From Acidimicrobiia bacterium (GTDB taxonomy: Bacteria > Actinomycetota > Acidimicrobiia > Spongiisociales > JAENVV01): 51,295 nucleotides of DNA. The DNA lies in contig JAOUMT010000001.1 of the NCBI GenBank assembly GCA_029881355.1, positions 1 through 51,295 of the forward strand, given 5' to 3'. The notes under the pieces were generated by a model. That model searched no databases. It was given only the letters and a program-made list of their open reading frames with translations, and had not been told where the DNA came from. The translations under genes and the position numbers were made by a program. Below, one piece after another: positions 8,256-17,923 of the stretch (position 1 is its first letter; every line of letters starts with the position of its first letter).

Positions 8256-9002
8256 CTACCACTCCCATGCGGGTGCTCCGTCGATCATCTCCCAGCCAGA
8301 TCGACACTCGGCGATCCGGGCTGCGTCGACCCCATGCGACCACGACCGCGGCGCCGATCGGTTCGGCCTGACCAGAGAGAATGGACTGGATGACACTTGC
8401 CCTTCTGGCTTCGGCACTCCTGCCGCCCATTCCAGCTCGAGGGATGTCCCCAGCTGGCCCAAGGCTCGTTTGGGTCGTTTGACCAGGCTCTCATACGTAA
8501 CGGTCAGCAAGCCGTCCCCCAACATCGTCCTGGCCGTGACGGCCACCGCGGCCTGATAAGCGCCATGCCATACCCAGAACGACGGGTTCGCAGCCTCGAT
8601 TCGGGCCAGCACGTCACGAGCCGGCGATTCCGGGAAACGACTCGACACGACCATCTGTGGCCCCCACACCCATCCGAGCTGAACATGGGACCGGCAAACA
8701 GCCACCGGATGACGCTCCAACAACACCACCCGGGCGTCGAGAGCAGCTCCGATCGACGCCGCCAACAACGGAGTCACTTCCTTGACGACCAGCCGACCGT
8801 CCTTTGCCGCAATCTGTTGAACAAGATCGTTAAAGGTCGGCGAGGCCACGGATTCGTGGCTGAACGGATCCAGGCCGGCAGCCAGCAGCCCTTGCGTGAT
8901 CGGTTCACGCTCGTACGTAACCCCATCAGCCATGCCGAGAACCCACCCCACCCAACTTGAACCACTCCTCGGCAAGGAAGTCAGCAGGATCGATCGTGAC
9001 AC
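8256..9002 (-). CDS. Sulfotransferase family protein (PAPS-dependent type)
   Basis: 248-aa ORF with a 5'-PSB-like loop LPRSGSSWVG near the N-terminus and a 3'-PB-like R-x7-S (RHPVAVCRS). The start abuts the arfB stop with 0-nt spacing. Substrate unknown. Confidence 0.7.
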   Translation of the reverse strand: MSRSILLTSLPRSGSSWVGWVLGMADGVTYEREPITQGLLAAGLDPFSHESVASPTFNDLVQQIAAKDGRLVVKEVTPLLAASIGAALDARVVLLERHPVAVCRSHVQLGWVWGPQMVVSSRFPESPARDVLARIEAANPSFWVWHGAYQAAVAVTARTMLGDGLLTVTYESLVKRPKRALGQLGTSLELEWAAGVPKPEGQVSSSPFSLVRPNRSAPRSWSHGVDAARIAECRSGWEMIDGAPAWEW

Positions 9003-9422
9003 CTAATCGGCCTCGGGTTTCTGACGATTCCGCTTTCGTTGCGACCTGGCACGCTTGTCGGAGAGCCGGGCTTCGTGGGCACGCCTCGGAATCCGGGTCG
9101 GTTTTCGGGTCGGACGGGGCCGGAGCGCTTCGGCGATGGCATCGGCCAACCGTTTGCGAGCCATCTGACGGTTACGCCACTGAGACCGGCTTTCGTCGAC
9201 CGTAAACGTCAAAACACCGTCATTGTGCGCCAGTTCGAGGTCGAGCGTTTGTTTCTCGGTCTCGGTGAATGCCGCGGACTCAAGAACGTCAAACGAAAGA
9301 ATCGCCCGCGTATTCGAGCGGTTGGCGTGCTGGCCACCGGGCCCCCCAGAGGGACCGAAGGTCCAGCTGAGCTCACTCTCCGGAATCACATGTTTGGGGT
9401 CCACCCGCAAGTCGTCGTTCAC
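9003..9422 (-). CDS. arfB: Alternative ribosome-rescue factor ArfB (peptidyl-tRNA hydrolase, YaeJ type)
   Basis: 139-aa ORF with the GGQ release-factor motif (SGGPGGQHANRSNT) and a basic C-terminal tail (RKPTRIPRRAHEARLSDKRARSQRKRNRQK). Confidence 0.85.
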   Translation of the reverse strand: MNDDLRVDPKHVIPESELSWTFGPSGGPGGQHANRSNTRAILSFDVLESAAFTETEKQTLDLELAHNDGVLTFTVDESRSQWRNRQMARKRLADAIAEALRPRPTRKPTRIPRRAHEARLSDKRARSQRKRNRQKPEAD

Positions 9423-10768
9423 GCGAACAAGTTTCGCACAGCCTGCCGTCGGACTTTGCCAAGCGACGTGCGGGGCAGCGACTCGACGGATCGCCAGGCC
9501 TTGGGAATCTTGTACCCGGCCAGAGTTGCGCGTAACTGATCGGATAACTCGTCGAAAGACACCTCGCCTGATAGCTCAACCGCTGCGGCGACAACTTCAC
9601 CCCACGTCACGTCCGGCAGGCCGACGACGGCGGCAGCGCGCACCAAATCAAGGGATTCGAGGGCTTCTTTGACCTCGCCGGCCATAACGTTCTCGCCGCC
9701 GCTGATAATGACGTCCGACGTGCGGCCGGTGATGCGGAAGCCACCGTCGGCATACTCTCCGAGATCGCCTGTAATGAACCAGCCGTCATCGGAGTGGGCC
9801 GGAGCGTCGAGATACGTGCCCGTAACCATCGGGCCCCGCACCTGGATCTCGTTGCCATTCACGAGACGCATACTGGCTCCCGGAATCGGCACAACCAACC
9901 GGCGCGGAGGCTCCCCGACCACCGAAGTGGCAATTTGGGAGCCCGCTTCGGTCATCCCGTAGGTGGAGAGCACCCCCAAGCCGCGGGCATACGCCCGATC
10001 AAGCAGGGATTGTCCGGCGGGTCCGCCTCCCACCAAGACCGCCCGCACGTCATAGGGTCGCTCGTCCAGGTCAAGGACGGCGGCCAGCTGGGTAGCGACG
10101 AACGACGCCAGGGTTACCTGGTCGAGTCCGGCGGCGACCTCCTCCGGTTCGAACCGGTCGTGCAGGAGGACCGCCGATCGGCGAGCGGCGCATCTGATCA
10201 GTATTGCGGCACCGCCGACATGGAACATCGGCAGTACGGCCAGCCACACGTCCTCAGAGGTGTGCCCGAGATGTCGAGCGGACGCGGCCTGGCCGGCATC
10301 GAGATTGCCCCAGCTGAGGACGACGCCTCGCCCCCGCCCGTCCGACCCCGAGGTAAAAACGATCAGGCACTCGCTGGTTGGTTCGTGTAGACGGCCTCGA
10401 TGGGGCTGGCCCGCCAATTCAGGATGGATCGAAGGCACCGACCACTCTCTCCCAAGTGGATCAACGATGAACGAAGCCGCAGACTCGGCAAGTTGATCGA
10501 CAACTTCGGGTTCGGTGAGTCGGGTATTCACGAGGACACAGGCCGCCCCGGCCCGCCAGATCGCAAAGATAGCCACGATCGTCGACAGGTCATTGTTGGC
10601 CCACAACGCAACGCGGTCTCCACCACTCACGCCGAAGTCGAGCAACCCGCCCGCCATGCGCGCCGCCCGATCATCGACCTCAGCGAACGAATACGTCGCT
10701 CCGTCGATCATAAGAAAGGTGCGATCAGGGTCGACAGCCGCTGCCGCAGATAACCAGTCCTCAATCAC
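9419..10768 (-). CDS. menE: AMP-dependent ligase, probable o-succinylbenzoate-CoA ligase
   Basis: 449-aa adenylate-forming enzyme (degenerate P-loop FTSGSDGRGRGV, YGMTE, GDLG..DGGFRITGRTSD, C-terminal GKV). The MenE assignment rests mainly on the divergent neighbour menB and the rest of the men cluster. Confidence 0.7.
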   Translation of the reverse strand: MIEDWLSAAAAVDPDRTFLMIDGATYSFAEVDDRAARMAGGLLDFGVSGGDRVALWANNDLSTIVAIFAIWRAGAACVLVNTRLTEPEVVDQLAESAASFIVDPLGREWSVPSIHPELAGQPHRGRLHEPTSECLIVFTSGSDGRGRGVVLSWGNLDAGQAASARHLGHTSEDVWLAVLPMFHVGGAAILIRCAARRSAVLLHDRFEPEEVAAGLDQVTLASFVATQLAAVLDLDERPYDVRAVLVGGGPAGQSLLDRAYARGLGVLSTYGMTEAGSQIATSVVGEPPRRLVVPIPGASMRLVNGNEIQVRGPMVTGTYLDAPAHSDDGWFITGDLGEYADGGFRITGRTSDVIISGGENVMAGEVKEALESLDLVRAAAVVGLPDVTWGEVVAAAVELSGEVSFDELSDQLRATLAGYKIPKAWRSVESLPRTSLGKVRRQAVRNLFA

Positions 10769-10806
10769 AGCCTCTACAGTATCGGCCTGACGCGAAAAGG
10801 ACGATC

Positions 10807-11697
10807 ATGGTTTCGGAGTTGTTCGACCCACAAGCATGGGACAAGGTGGACGGATTCGACTTCACCGACCTCACCTATCACCGCGCCAAGGCCCATGGAA
10901 CCGTTCGCATCGCCTTCAACCGGCCCGAAGTACGCAACGCTTTTCGCCCCCATACTGTCGACGAACTGTTTCAGGCCCTTGATCATGCGCGGATGACCAG
11001 CGATGTCGGCTGTGTCTTGTTGACCGGCAATGGGCCGTCCCCCAAGGACGGCGGGTGGGCGTTCTGCTCTGGAGGTGACCAACGCATCCGCGGCAAGGAC
11101 GGCTACAAGTACGAGGGCGACTCCGGCCCTGACCCGGCCCGGCTCGGTCGGCTCCACATTTTGGAGGTCCAGCGACTCATCCGCTTCATGCCCAAGCCGG
11201 TCATTGCCGTCGTGCCTGGTTGGGCAGCAGGGGGCGGACATTCGCTCCACGTCGTTTGCGATCTGACGATCGCCTCACGCCAGCACGCCATCTTCAAACA
11301 AACGGATGCCGACGTTGCTTCCTTTGACGCAGGCTACGGCTCGGCCCTGCTTGCCAGGCAAGTCGGCCAGAAGTTCGCCAGAGAGATCTTCTTCATCGGG
11401 CGTGACCATGACGCCGAGGAGTCGTATCGGATGGGCATGGTCAACCTGGTCGTTGACCATGAGGACCTCGAAAAAGCGGCTCTCGAATACGCTGAAGCGA
11501 TCAATGGCAAGAGCCCCACCGCGATCAGGATGCTCAAGTACGCATTCAACCTGCCAGATGAAGGTCTGGTTGGCCAGCAGTTGTTTGCCGGCGAAGCCAC
11601 TCGACTGGCCTACGGGACCGACGAAGCTCAGGAAGGTCGCGACGCGTTCCTGGAAAAGCGCGATCAGGACTACCGCCGCTTCCCCTGGCACTTCTGA
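10807..11697 (+). CDS. menB: 1,4-dihydroxy-2-naphthoyl-CoA synthase
   Basis: 296-aa crotonase-fold ORF that resembles MenB along its whole length (ITYHRAKAHGTVRIAFNRPEVRNAF, FCSGGDQ, VPGWAAGGGHSLHVVCDLTIA, YRRFPW). Confidence 0.9.
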   Translation: MVSELFDPQAWDKVDGFDFTDLTYHRAKAHGTVRIAFNRPEVRNAFRPHTVDELFQALDHARMTSDVGCVLLTGNGPSPKDGGWAFCSGGDQRIRGKDGYKYEGDSGPDPARLGRLHILEVQRLIRFMPKPVIAVVPGWAAGGGHSLHVVCDLTIASRQHAIFKQTDADVASFDAGYGSALLARQVGQKFAREIFFIGRDHDAEESYRMGMVNLVVDHEDLEKAALEYAEAINGKSPTAIRMLKYAFNLPDEGLVGQQLFAGEATRLAYGTDEAQEGRDAFLEKRDQDYRRFPWHF

Positions 11698-11698
11698 C

Positions 11699-12571
11699 GT
11701 GCATTCACCGTGGGTCCAGGCAGCCCGACCAGCCACGTTATGGGCTGCGCTGGCGCCGGTGCTGGTGGCTGGCGGACTGGCCAGCGGAGACGGGGTGTTT
11801 CGCTGGGACGCGTTTATCGCCGCGGCCCTGGGCGCGATCGCCATTCAGATTGCCACCAATTTCGCCAACGACGCCTCGGACGCCAAACGAGGTGCTGACA
11901 CCGAGGACCGAATCGGCCCGACCCGGATGGTGGCCACCGGGGTCATTACGGAGCGCCAGATGTGGACGGCTACTGCCCTGACGTTTGGGGTGGCAGCGCT
12001 GGCGGGGATCTGGCTGATCACGATCGCCGGATGGATCATCGCCATCATCGGGGTCGCTTCCATCCTGGCCGGACTTGGCTATGTGGGCGGACCACGCCCG
12101 TATGGCTATCGCGGGCTCGGCGAGTTGTTCGTCTTTGTCTTTTTTGGCGTTGTTGCGACAGTCGGTTCCCGGTTCGTGCACGATCAAACGTTCCCGCTCG
12201 ATGCCTGGCTTCTGGCGATCCCCATGGGCTTTCTCGTCACCGCCATTCTCGTGGCCAACAACATCCGTGACCTCGAGACCGACCGGTCGGTGGGGAAACG
12301 GACCCTGGCCGTCATCCTCGGCCGCCCGAAGACCGAACAGCTGTACGCCGGACTGATCTACGGCGCATTCATAGCCATCACGGTTTTCGGGACACTGCGT
12401 CTCACCCCTTTGGCCACGCTGATCGCCGTCTTCTGGCTGCCGTGGGGCGTAGGTCTGGTCAGAACGATCTACAACGAAACCTCGGGTGCCGCGCTCATCG
12501 GTGCGCTCAAGGCAACAGCCCGCCTGCAGCTACTCGTGGCGTTCTCGCTGGCGTTGGGGGCTTCGGCCTGA
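11699..12571 (+). CDS. menA: 1,4-dihydroxy-2-naphthoate polyprenyltransferase
   Basis: UbiA-family membrane protein with FANDASDAKRGAD and multiple TM segments. The track ORF (11306-12571) overlaps menB out of frame, so I start at the in-frame GTG 11699, 2 nt after the menB stop. Confidence 0.85.
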   Translation: MHSPWVQAARPATLWAALAPVLVAGGLASGDGVFRWDAFIAAALGAIAIQIATNFANDASDAKRGADTEDRIGPTRMVATGVITERQMWTATALTFGVAALAGIWLITIAGWIIAIIGVASILAGLGYVGGPRPYGYRGLGELFVFVFFGVVATVGSRFVHDQTFPLDAWLLAIPMGFLVTAILVANNIRDLETDRSVGKRTLAVILGRPKTEQLYAGLIYGAFIAITVFGTLRLTPLATLIAVFWLPWGVGLVRTIYNETSGAALIGALKATARLQLLVAFSLALGASA

Positions 12572-12580
12572 GATTCCTGG

Positions 12581-13339
12581 TCACTGATAGAGAAAACGGC
12601 TGATGCGATCGCCGAGTTCGGCAGGCGCCTCTCCCACCACGGCGTGGCCCACTCCATCGATGATCGCCAACTGTGAATCCGTGATCGCGACGTGCATCGA
12701 CTCGGCGATGGCGGCGTACTTCGGATCGGCGGCGCCAGCAACAATCAGGGTGGGCACCGCCAATTCGGACAACCGGTGACCCAGATAAGGCTGCGTTCCC
12801 TGGCCAAAATCGACCAAAGCCGACGCCAAGCCCTGAGCTGAGTTCAACAACCGAGTCTCGCGATCGACCGCCCGCCAGATCTCATGGCGTTTGCCTAGGC
12901 CGGCGAACAATGGATTGGCCAACCACGTATCGATGAACTCCTCGAGGCCCGCCCCGGTCACTGTCGACGCAAGCCGCCCGTCGCTCTGGCGGCGTTCGTC
13001 CCTCGCCGTCGGATCTTCGATGCCTGGTCCCGTCGAAATCAACACCAAACGCTCGACAGGTCGCTCTAATGCGTACCGAAGCGCCAACCTCCCGCCCATC
13101 GAGTAGCCGATTAGCACCGGGGGTTCCCCGGCTGCCAGCCACTCGATCAGCCTCGTGACCGACTCGAACGTCGTCGGCAAGTCGCTCGAAGCTCCGTGAC
13201 CCGGTAGATCGGGAGCTTCGACATGCCTAGGCAGGTAATGGGACAGTTCATCGAACATTCGACCTGCCTGGGTGAATCCGTGCAATCCGATCAGGGCGCT
13301 CACCCGACCATTGTGCCACCCCGGAGTCCGGCGTGACAT
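12581..13339 (-). CDS. menH: Alpha/beta hydrolase, probable SHCHC synthase
   Basis: 252-aa ORF with the nucleophile elbow GYSMGGR, flanked by menA and menD. Confidence 0.7.
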   Translation of the reverse strand: MSRRTPGWHNGRVSALIGLHGFTQAGRMFDELSHYLPRHVEAPDLPGHGASSDLPTTFESVTRLIEWLAAGEPPVLIGYSMGGRLALRYALERPVERLVLISTGPGIEDPTARDERRQSDGRLASTVTGAGLEEFIDTWLANPLFAGLGKRHEIWRAVDRETRLLNSAQGLASALVDFGQGTQPYLGHRLSELAVPTLIVAGAADPKYAAIAESMHVAITDSQLAIIDGVGHAVVGEAPAELGDRISRFLYQ

Positions 13340-13360
13340 ATCGCCAACTAGCCTGGCCCG

Positions 13361-15034
13361 GTGCCGAACAGAAACTACCGACTCTCCTTGCCCCTACTCG
13401 GAGCTCTTCGAGACCTCGGCCTGGACCACGTTGCCGTCAGCCCCGGTTCGCGCAACACTCCGCTGGCCATCGCCGCTGCCGAGACGGCCGGCCTCAAGAT
13501 TTCGGTACACCTCGACGAGCGCAGTGCCGCGTTCTTTGCCCTGGGTATGGCTCGCGCCACCCAACGCCCGGTTGCCTTGATCTCGACCTCGGGCACCGCC
13601 GCAACCGAGTACCTTCCGGCGGCGACAGAGGCTCGACTGTCCCACATCCCGTTGGTCATCCTCACTGCCGACCGACCTCAGGAACTGCGCGACACCGGCG
13701 CACCCCAGACCATCCACCAGGCCAACCTGTTCGGAACATCGGCCAAATGGACGCACGACGCCGCTCCGCCCGACCCAGCCGCCGATCCAGCCCGGTATGC
13801 GGTTCGCCTGGCCACTCAGGCATGGACGATCGCCCAGGAAAGCCCGGCAGGACCGGTTCACCTCAACCTGGCCTTCCGGGATCCACTTTCCCCCCAAGCG
13901 TCCGACGAGACCGCCCCCGAGGCGCCCGCCACTCCCACTGTCCATCTCGGAACGCTCACGGCCTCGGACGGCGCCGTCCTAGCCGTAGCCCGCCAGGTGA
14001 GCTCAAAGAAGACCCTGATCGTTGCGGGACCTTCCAGCGACCCGGAAACTCCCCCGGCGATAGTCGAACTTGCCAGCGCCCTGGGAGCTCCAATCCTGGC
14101 CGACCCCGTGTCCGGGTTACGAGCCGGCCATCACCCGGTCGAGCAGGTGGTCGGAATGGGCGATGCGCTCGCCAGGGCAGGACGCCTCGATTCCGACCTA
14201 CGCCCGGACGTGGTGCTCCGCTTTGGTCCGGTTCCCACTTCGAAGGCCCTATGGACCTGGCTTGCCGCCACCGACGTCCCCCAAATATGGATTGATGCGG
14301 GCGATTGGCGAGAGGCCACGTCGAGCGCATCGGTGATCGTCCGGGCGGACCCGACAGATACGGCTCGCCGACTCGCCGACCTGGTCAGAGCAGGTGAGCC
14401 ACAGTGGCGCGCCAACTGGGCCGAGGCCGAGTCGGCAGCTCTCGAAGCTCTCGGAGCCCTGCCATGGCCATCGGAACCCGCAGTGGCTGCCGCACTCGCC
14501 GAGGGGGTCGTCGACGGATCTTCGCTCGTAGTGTCATCCTCGATGCCGATTCGCGACGTTGATCTGTTTTTCGGCGTCCAGGATCGTCCGATCCGGGTAT
14601 TCGCCAATCGAGCGGCGAACGGCATCGACGGAATCATTTCCACGGCGCTCGGCGTGGCGGCCGATGGGCGCCCAACGTATCTGCTCATCGGCGACGTGGC
14701 GTTCCTGCACGACGCCACGGCCCTGGCGAGCGCTCACCGCTTGGGACTCTCGATCACCATCGTGCTCATCGACAACGACGGCGGCGGGATATTCCATTTC
14801 TTGCCGCAAGCCGATTATCCGGAACACTTCGAGGCTCTCCTCGCAACCCCCCACGGCGCGGACCTCGTATCTCTGGCGGAAGGCATGGGTGCCACCGTCG
14901 TGCAACCAGCCACAGCTGAAGACTTTATCGGCCACCTCACGGCACCAAGCGGGGTGACCGTTATCTACATCAAGACAAATCGAACCGAAAACGCGGCCGT
15001 TCACAAGGAGTTGCTCAGCCGGATCAGTCCTTGA
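13361..15034 (+). CDS. menD: SEPHCHC synthase (2-succinyl-5-enolpyruvyl-6-hydroxy-3-cyclohexene-1-carboxylate synthase)
   Basis: 557-aa ThDP enzyme: SPGSRNTPL, LISTSGTAATEY, GDVAFLHD, IDNDGGGIF. Confidence 0.9.
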   Translation: MPNRNYRLSLPLLGALRDLGLDHVAVSPGSRNTPLAIAAAETAGLKISVHLDERSAAFFALGMARATQRPVALISTSGTAATEYLPAATEARLSHIPLVILTADRPQELRDTGAPQTIHQANLFGTSAKWTHDAAPPDPAADPARYAVRLATQAWTIAQESPAGPVHLNLAFRDPLSPQASDETAPEAPATPTVHLGTLTASDGAVLAVARQVSSKKTLIVAGPSSDPETPPAIVELASALGAPILADPVSGLRAGHHPVEQVVGMGDALARAGRLDSDLRPDVVLRFGPVPTSKALWTWLAATDVPQIWIDAGDWREATSSASVIVRADPTDTARRLADLVRAGEPQWRANWAEAESAALEALGALPWPSEPAVAAALAEGVVDGSSLVVSSSMPIRDVDLFFGVQDRPIRVFANRAANGIDGIISTALGVAADGRPTYLLIGDVAFLHDATALASAHRLGLSITIVLIDNDGGGIFHFLPQADYPEHFEALLATPHGADLVSLAEGMGATVVQPATAEDFIGHLTAPSGVTVIYIKTNRTENAAVHKELLSRISP

Positions 15035-15042
15035 TCGGGGGA

Positions 15043-16410
15043 TTAGGCCTCAGCGAGAAGGCTCATCATGGTTCGGAACTTGAGGCGGGTTTCTTCCAAC
15101 TCGGCAGCCGGCACCGAATCCCCCACGATTCCAGCTCCGGCATAGAGATGCGCCGTCCGTCCCCGGATGAGCGCACACCTGAGCGATATGGCCAACTCAC
15201 CGTCACCCTGACGATTTGCCCACCCAACGGCGCCGGCGTACCAGCCCCGATCGATGACTTCCTCCTTGGCAAGGAATCGGCTGGCCTCGTCCCGGGGACT
15301 CCCTCCTACGGCCGGGGTTGGATGGAGGCGCCCGGCCAAGTCAATGACATGGGTTGGCTTCGTCAGCGTGCCGTTGACCTCCGTCGACAAATGCTGAACG
15401 TGAGCCGTCTTGCGAAGCGACGGACTCTGATCCACGTGCAAGTCGGTGGTCATGGACTCAAGCCGTGCGGTGATGTCATCAACCACGAACCGATGCTCGC
15501 GCCGGTCCTTACCTGAGGCCATCAGCAACTCGCCAAACGCCCGGTCCTCATCCTCGTTGCTCCCACGGGGCGCCGAGCCGGCTAGTGGATGAGACCGTAC
15601 CTGATCTCCGCGCCGCTCGACCAGCAGCTCTGGGGAAGCGCCGACGAAGACACTGCCCCCTTCCTGCCAACCGAACACATAGCACTCGGGATAGGTGAGG
15701 CGGAGGCGGGACACCAGGTCGAACGGCCGGTATGGTACGTCAGACGTGACGAGTACCGACCGCGCCATGACAACCTTCTCGAGGGTCTTGGCCTTGATGG
15801 AATCGACTGCATTGGCTACCGATCCTTCCCAATCGGTCGGAGCCGGGCGCGACTCAATCGACAGATCAGTTGTACGGCCGGTTGCCGGCCGGCCGGGAGC
15901 GACCAACCGCGCCAAGACATCCGCCAGCGGTGCCCACATCCGGCCTGGGGGGAGCACCACGACTAGCTCGGAGGAGTCGGGAGTGCCAATCACACTGATG
16001 ATGGGAATCACCGAGGCGGCCGGCCCGAAGCCGTCCCACTCAGATCCAAGACCCCCCTCGGGTAGATACGAGAATCCGGTGAAGGCGCGCTCATCAATCC
16101 GGCAGGATTCCAGCTGCTGCGCCAGATCGGAGAACCGGGAATTCCCATCGACCCGGTCAGATCGCCAGGCAACCCCGAGTCCGCCGGCTTCGTCGAGATC
16201 GGGACGCCCAAAATAGGCGGCAAAGGGAAACAGGTGAGCACCGGAGCGAACCAGGGAGAGCGGATCGACCGGGACGTCAGCTCGGGCCACCCGGTAACCC
16301 TCGGCGACTCCCGCCCCGAGCTGGGATCCAAGCGCATCAATAGTGGAAGGCGAAAACATGACACGCAATGTTAGGGCCTTGGCAGGTTCATAACTTCCGC
16401 ACGAATCCAT
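15043..16410 (-). CDS. menF: Isochorismate synthase
   Basis: 455-aa chorismate-utilising enzyme (LHPTPAVGGSPR, GWYAGAVGW, IRGRTAHLYAGAGIV). The alternative start at ATG 16359 would remove the overlap with the upstream gene. Confidence 0.85.
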   Translation of the reverse strand: MDSCGSYEPAKALTLRVMFSPSTIDALGSQLGAGVAEGYRVARADVPVDPLSLVRSGAHLFPFAAYFGRPDLDEAGGLGVAWRSDRVDGNSRFSDLAQQLESCRIDERAFTGFSYLPEGGLGSEWDGFGPAASVIPIISVIGTPDSSELVVVLPPGRMWAPLADVLARLVAPGRPATGRTTDLSIESRPAPTDWEGSVANAVDSIKAKTLEKVVMARSVLVTSDVPYRPFDLVSRLRLTYPECYVFGWQEGGSVFVGASPELLVERRGDQVRSHPLAGSAPRGSNEDEDRAFGELLMASGKDRREHRFVVDDITARLESMTTDLHVDQSPSLRKTAHVQHLSTEVNGTLTKPTHVIDLAGRLHPTPAVGGSPRDEASRFLAKEEVIDRGWYAGAVGWANRQGDGELAISLRCALIRGRTAHLYAGAGIVGDSVPAAELEETRLKFRTMMSLLAEA

Positions 16411-17203
16411 CCAGCGCGGTGATGATCACCGACGCCAGCGTTCCTGGCTGCTCCATAGGCGCAAAATGCCCGGCACCGGCGATGGAGGCGAGTCGCGAGT
16501 CGGCGATCCGATCCCTCAGGAGCTCCACATAGCCGGGCGGGTAGGTATCGGTATCTTCTCCGACCACAAGCCAGATCGGGACTGCCAACTCTTCGAGGCG
16601 ATCGTGAACACCGTCTGAGCCCGACCGGGAAAACACTTCCGCTTCGTGCACGGGTTCACAGGCCAACGCCCAGGTGTCAGCTTCTGGCACTAGCCCACCT
16701 TCGACGTAGGCGGCCAGCGCGTCATCAACCCATCCCGAGAACACCGCCTTATCTGCGAAGTTGCCGAGTGCGTCCGCTACCGATTCGAATTCCCGCCTCC
16801 GGCGGGAGGCACCGATCACCAGCGGATGGTCCAGGGAGTCGAACGTCAATGGGGGAAAAACAATCGGTTCTACCAGAACTTGCCCGAGATACCGCTCCGG
16901 GGCAACCAGAGCGCTTTGCAGTAGAGCGGTTGCCCCCATCGAGTGGCCCACCCCCACGACCGGTCCGCCTACCCGGGACAGGATCTCAGCTACGTCATCG
17001 CCAAAACGGGTCCAGGAGTGATCTTCCAGCTTTGGAGAATGCCCATGCGATCGGAAGTCAAAGGCCACGATTGGTCCATCGAACCCCTGGGTTCTCAGTT
17101 CCGCTACCACCGGCCGCCAAACGAGCTTGTTGAAACCTGTGGCGTGCGCAAGCACCAGGGTCACCGGGCCGGTTCCACCCCATTCGACCGTCGAAAGGGT
17201 CAT
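16388..17203 (-). CDS. Alpha/beta hydrolase fold protein
   Basis: GHSMGA nucleophile elbow. The track ORF extends to 17386 through a low-complexity S/T-rich segment that overlaps the upstream gene. ATG 17203 (MTLSTVEWGG) sits 28 nt after the upstream stop. Confidence 0.7.
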   Translation of the reverse strand: MTLSTVEWGGTGPVTLVLAHATGFNKLVWRPVVAELRTQGFDGPIVAFDFRSHGHSPKLEDHSWTRFGDDVAEILSRVGGPVVGVGHSMGATALLQSALVAPERYLGQVLVEPIVFPPLTFDSLDHPLVIGASRRRREFESVADALGNFADKAVFSGWVDDALAAYVEGGLVPEADTWALACEPVHEAEVFSRSGSDGVHDRLEELAVPIWLVVGEDTDTYPPGYVELLRDRIADSRLASIAGAGHFAPMEQPGTLASVIITALDGFVRKL

Positions 17204-17231
17204 CGCTGCGTCAGCTGAGCTAGGTGGTTTC

Positions 17232-17843
17232 CTACCGGGCGTGGTGGTCGATCCCGTGGTAGATGTCGATGAAGTCGTCGACTTCGGCGCGAACATCGTC
17301 CGTGAGATCATCGAAGTAAAAGACCCGCGACCAGGCGATCGCGGCAGCCCGATAGCTGGTGCCATCCGGATCCTGAATCGCTCCATCGTAGGGCGTCATA
17401 ACCAATGTCGGCTCCGGTCGGCCATCGACGTAGCTCGCCAGTGATCCGGACAAATCGTCGCAACCCGTAGGACAGTTGTACACGAACACCACACCGGCAT
17501 CTTCAAGATTGTGAATGTACAGCTCTGGCGGGATCGGCTCTTCGCTCACGCCCCATGGCCCTAACCCACCGAAGTGGGGGCCGGAGGATGGTGGGGCGGA
17601 GTTGTAGGGAACATGCGGTTCGGCAATGTCGGTGAGGTGGAAGTTACCCTGGCTTGGATAGGGAATCCCGGGAGGAGCCGGAGCAAACATGATCCAGGCG
17701 GTCAACCCGGCAACGGCGGCCAGAATCACTCCAACGGTGAGGAAGCTCTTCTTTCGAACCTCGGCACTCTGGTTGGCGGCTCGTTCTTCAGCCTTGCGGA
17801 TCTGCTCAAGTTCGAGCGTCCGCCCTTTTCCCTTTGACGACAT
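17232..17843 (-). CDS. DUF3105-like membrane-anchored protein
   Basis: 203-aa ORF with an N-terminal basic segment, one TM helix (FLTVGVILAAVAGLTAWIMFA) and PPSSGPHFG / NLEDAGVVFVYNCP blocks typical of DUF3105 as I recall it. Confidence 0.6.
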   Translation of the reverse strand: MSSKGKGRTLELEQIRKAEERAANQSAEVRKKSFLTVGVILAAVAGLTAWIMFAPAPPGIPYPSQGNFHLTDIAEPHVPYNSAPPSSGPHFGGLGPWGVSEEPIPPELYIHNLEDAGVVFVYNCPTGCDDLSGSLASYVDGRPEPTLVMTPYDGAIQDPDGTSYRAAAIAWSRVFYFDDLTDDVRAEVDDFIDIYHGIDHHAR

Positions 17844-17923
17844 CGGTGTTTGGCTCCTGTTGACTGGCCGATAGGTTACCGGACGGCCACAGTTTAGTCA
17901 CAGCTGGGACAAGTCCACCTGGC

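Noticed and set aside
13333-14295. 320-aa ORF (and similar off-frame ORFs 4282-5361, 34043-35011, 37355-38224, 28001-28705)
   Set aside because: Each lies inside, and out of frame with or antisense to, a gene with strong family motifs (menD, treS-mak, mazG, mfd, aceK/hydrolase). Their translations are Arg/Pro/Gly-rich without motifs.
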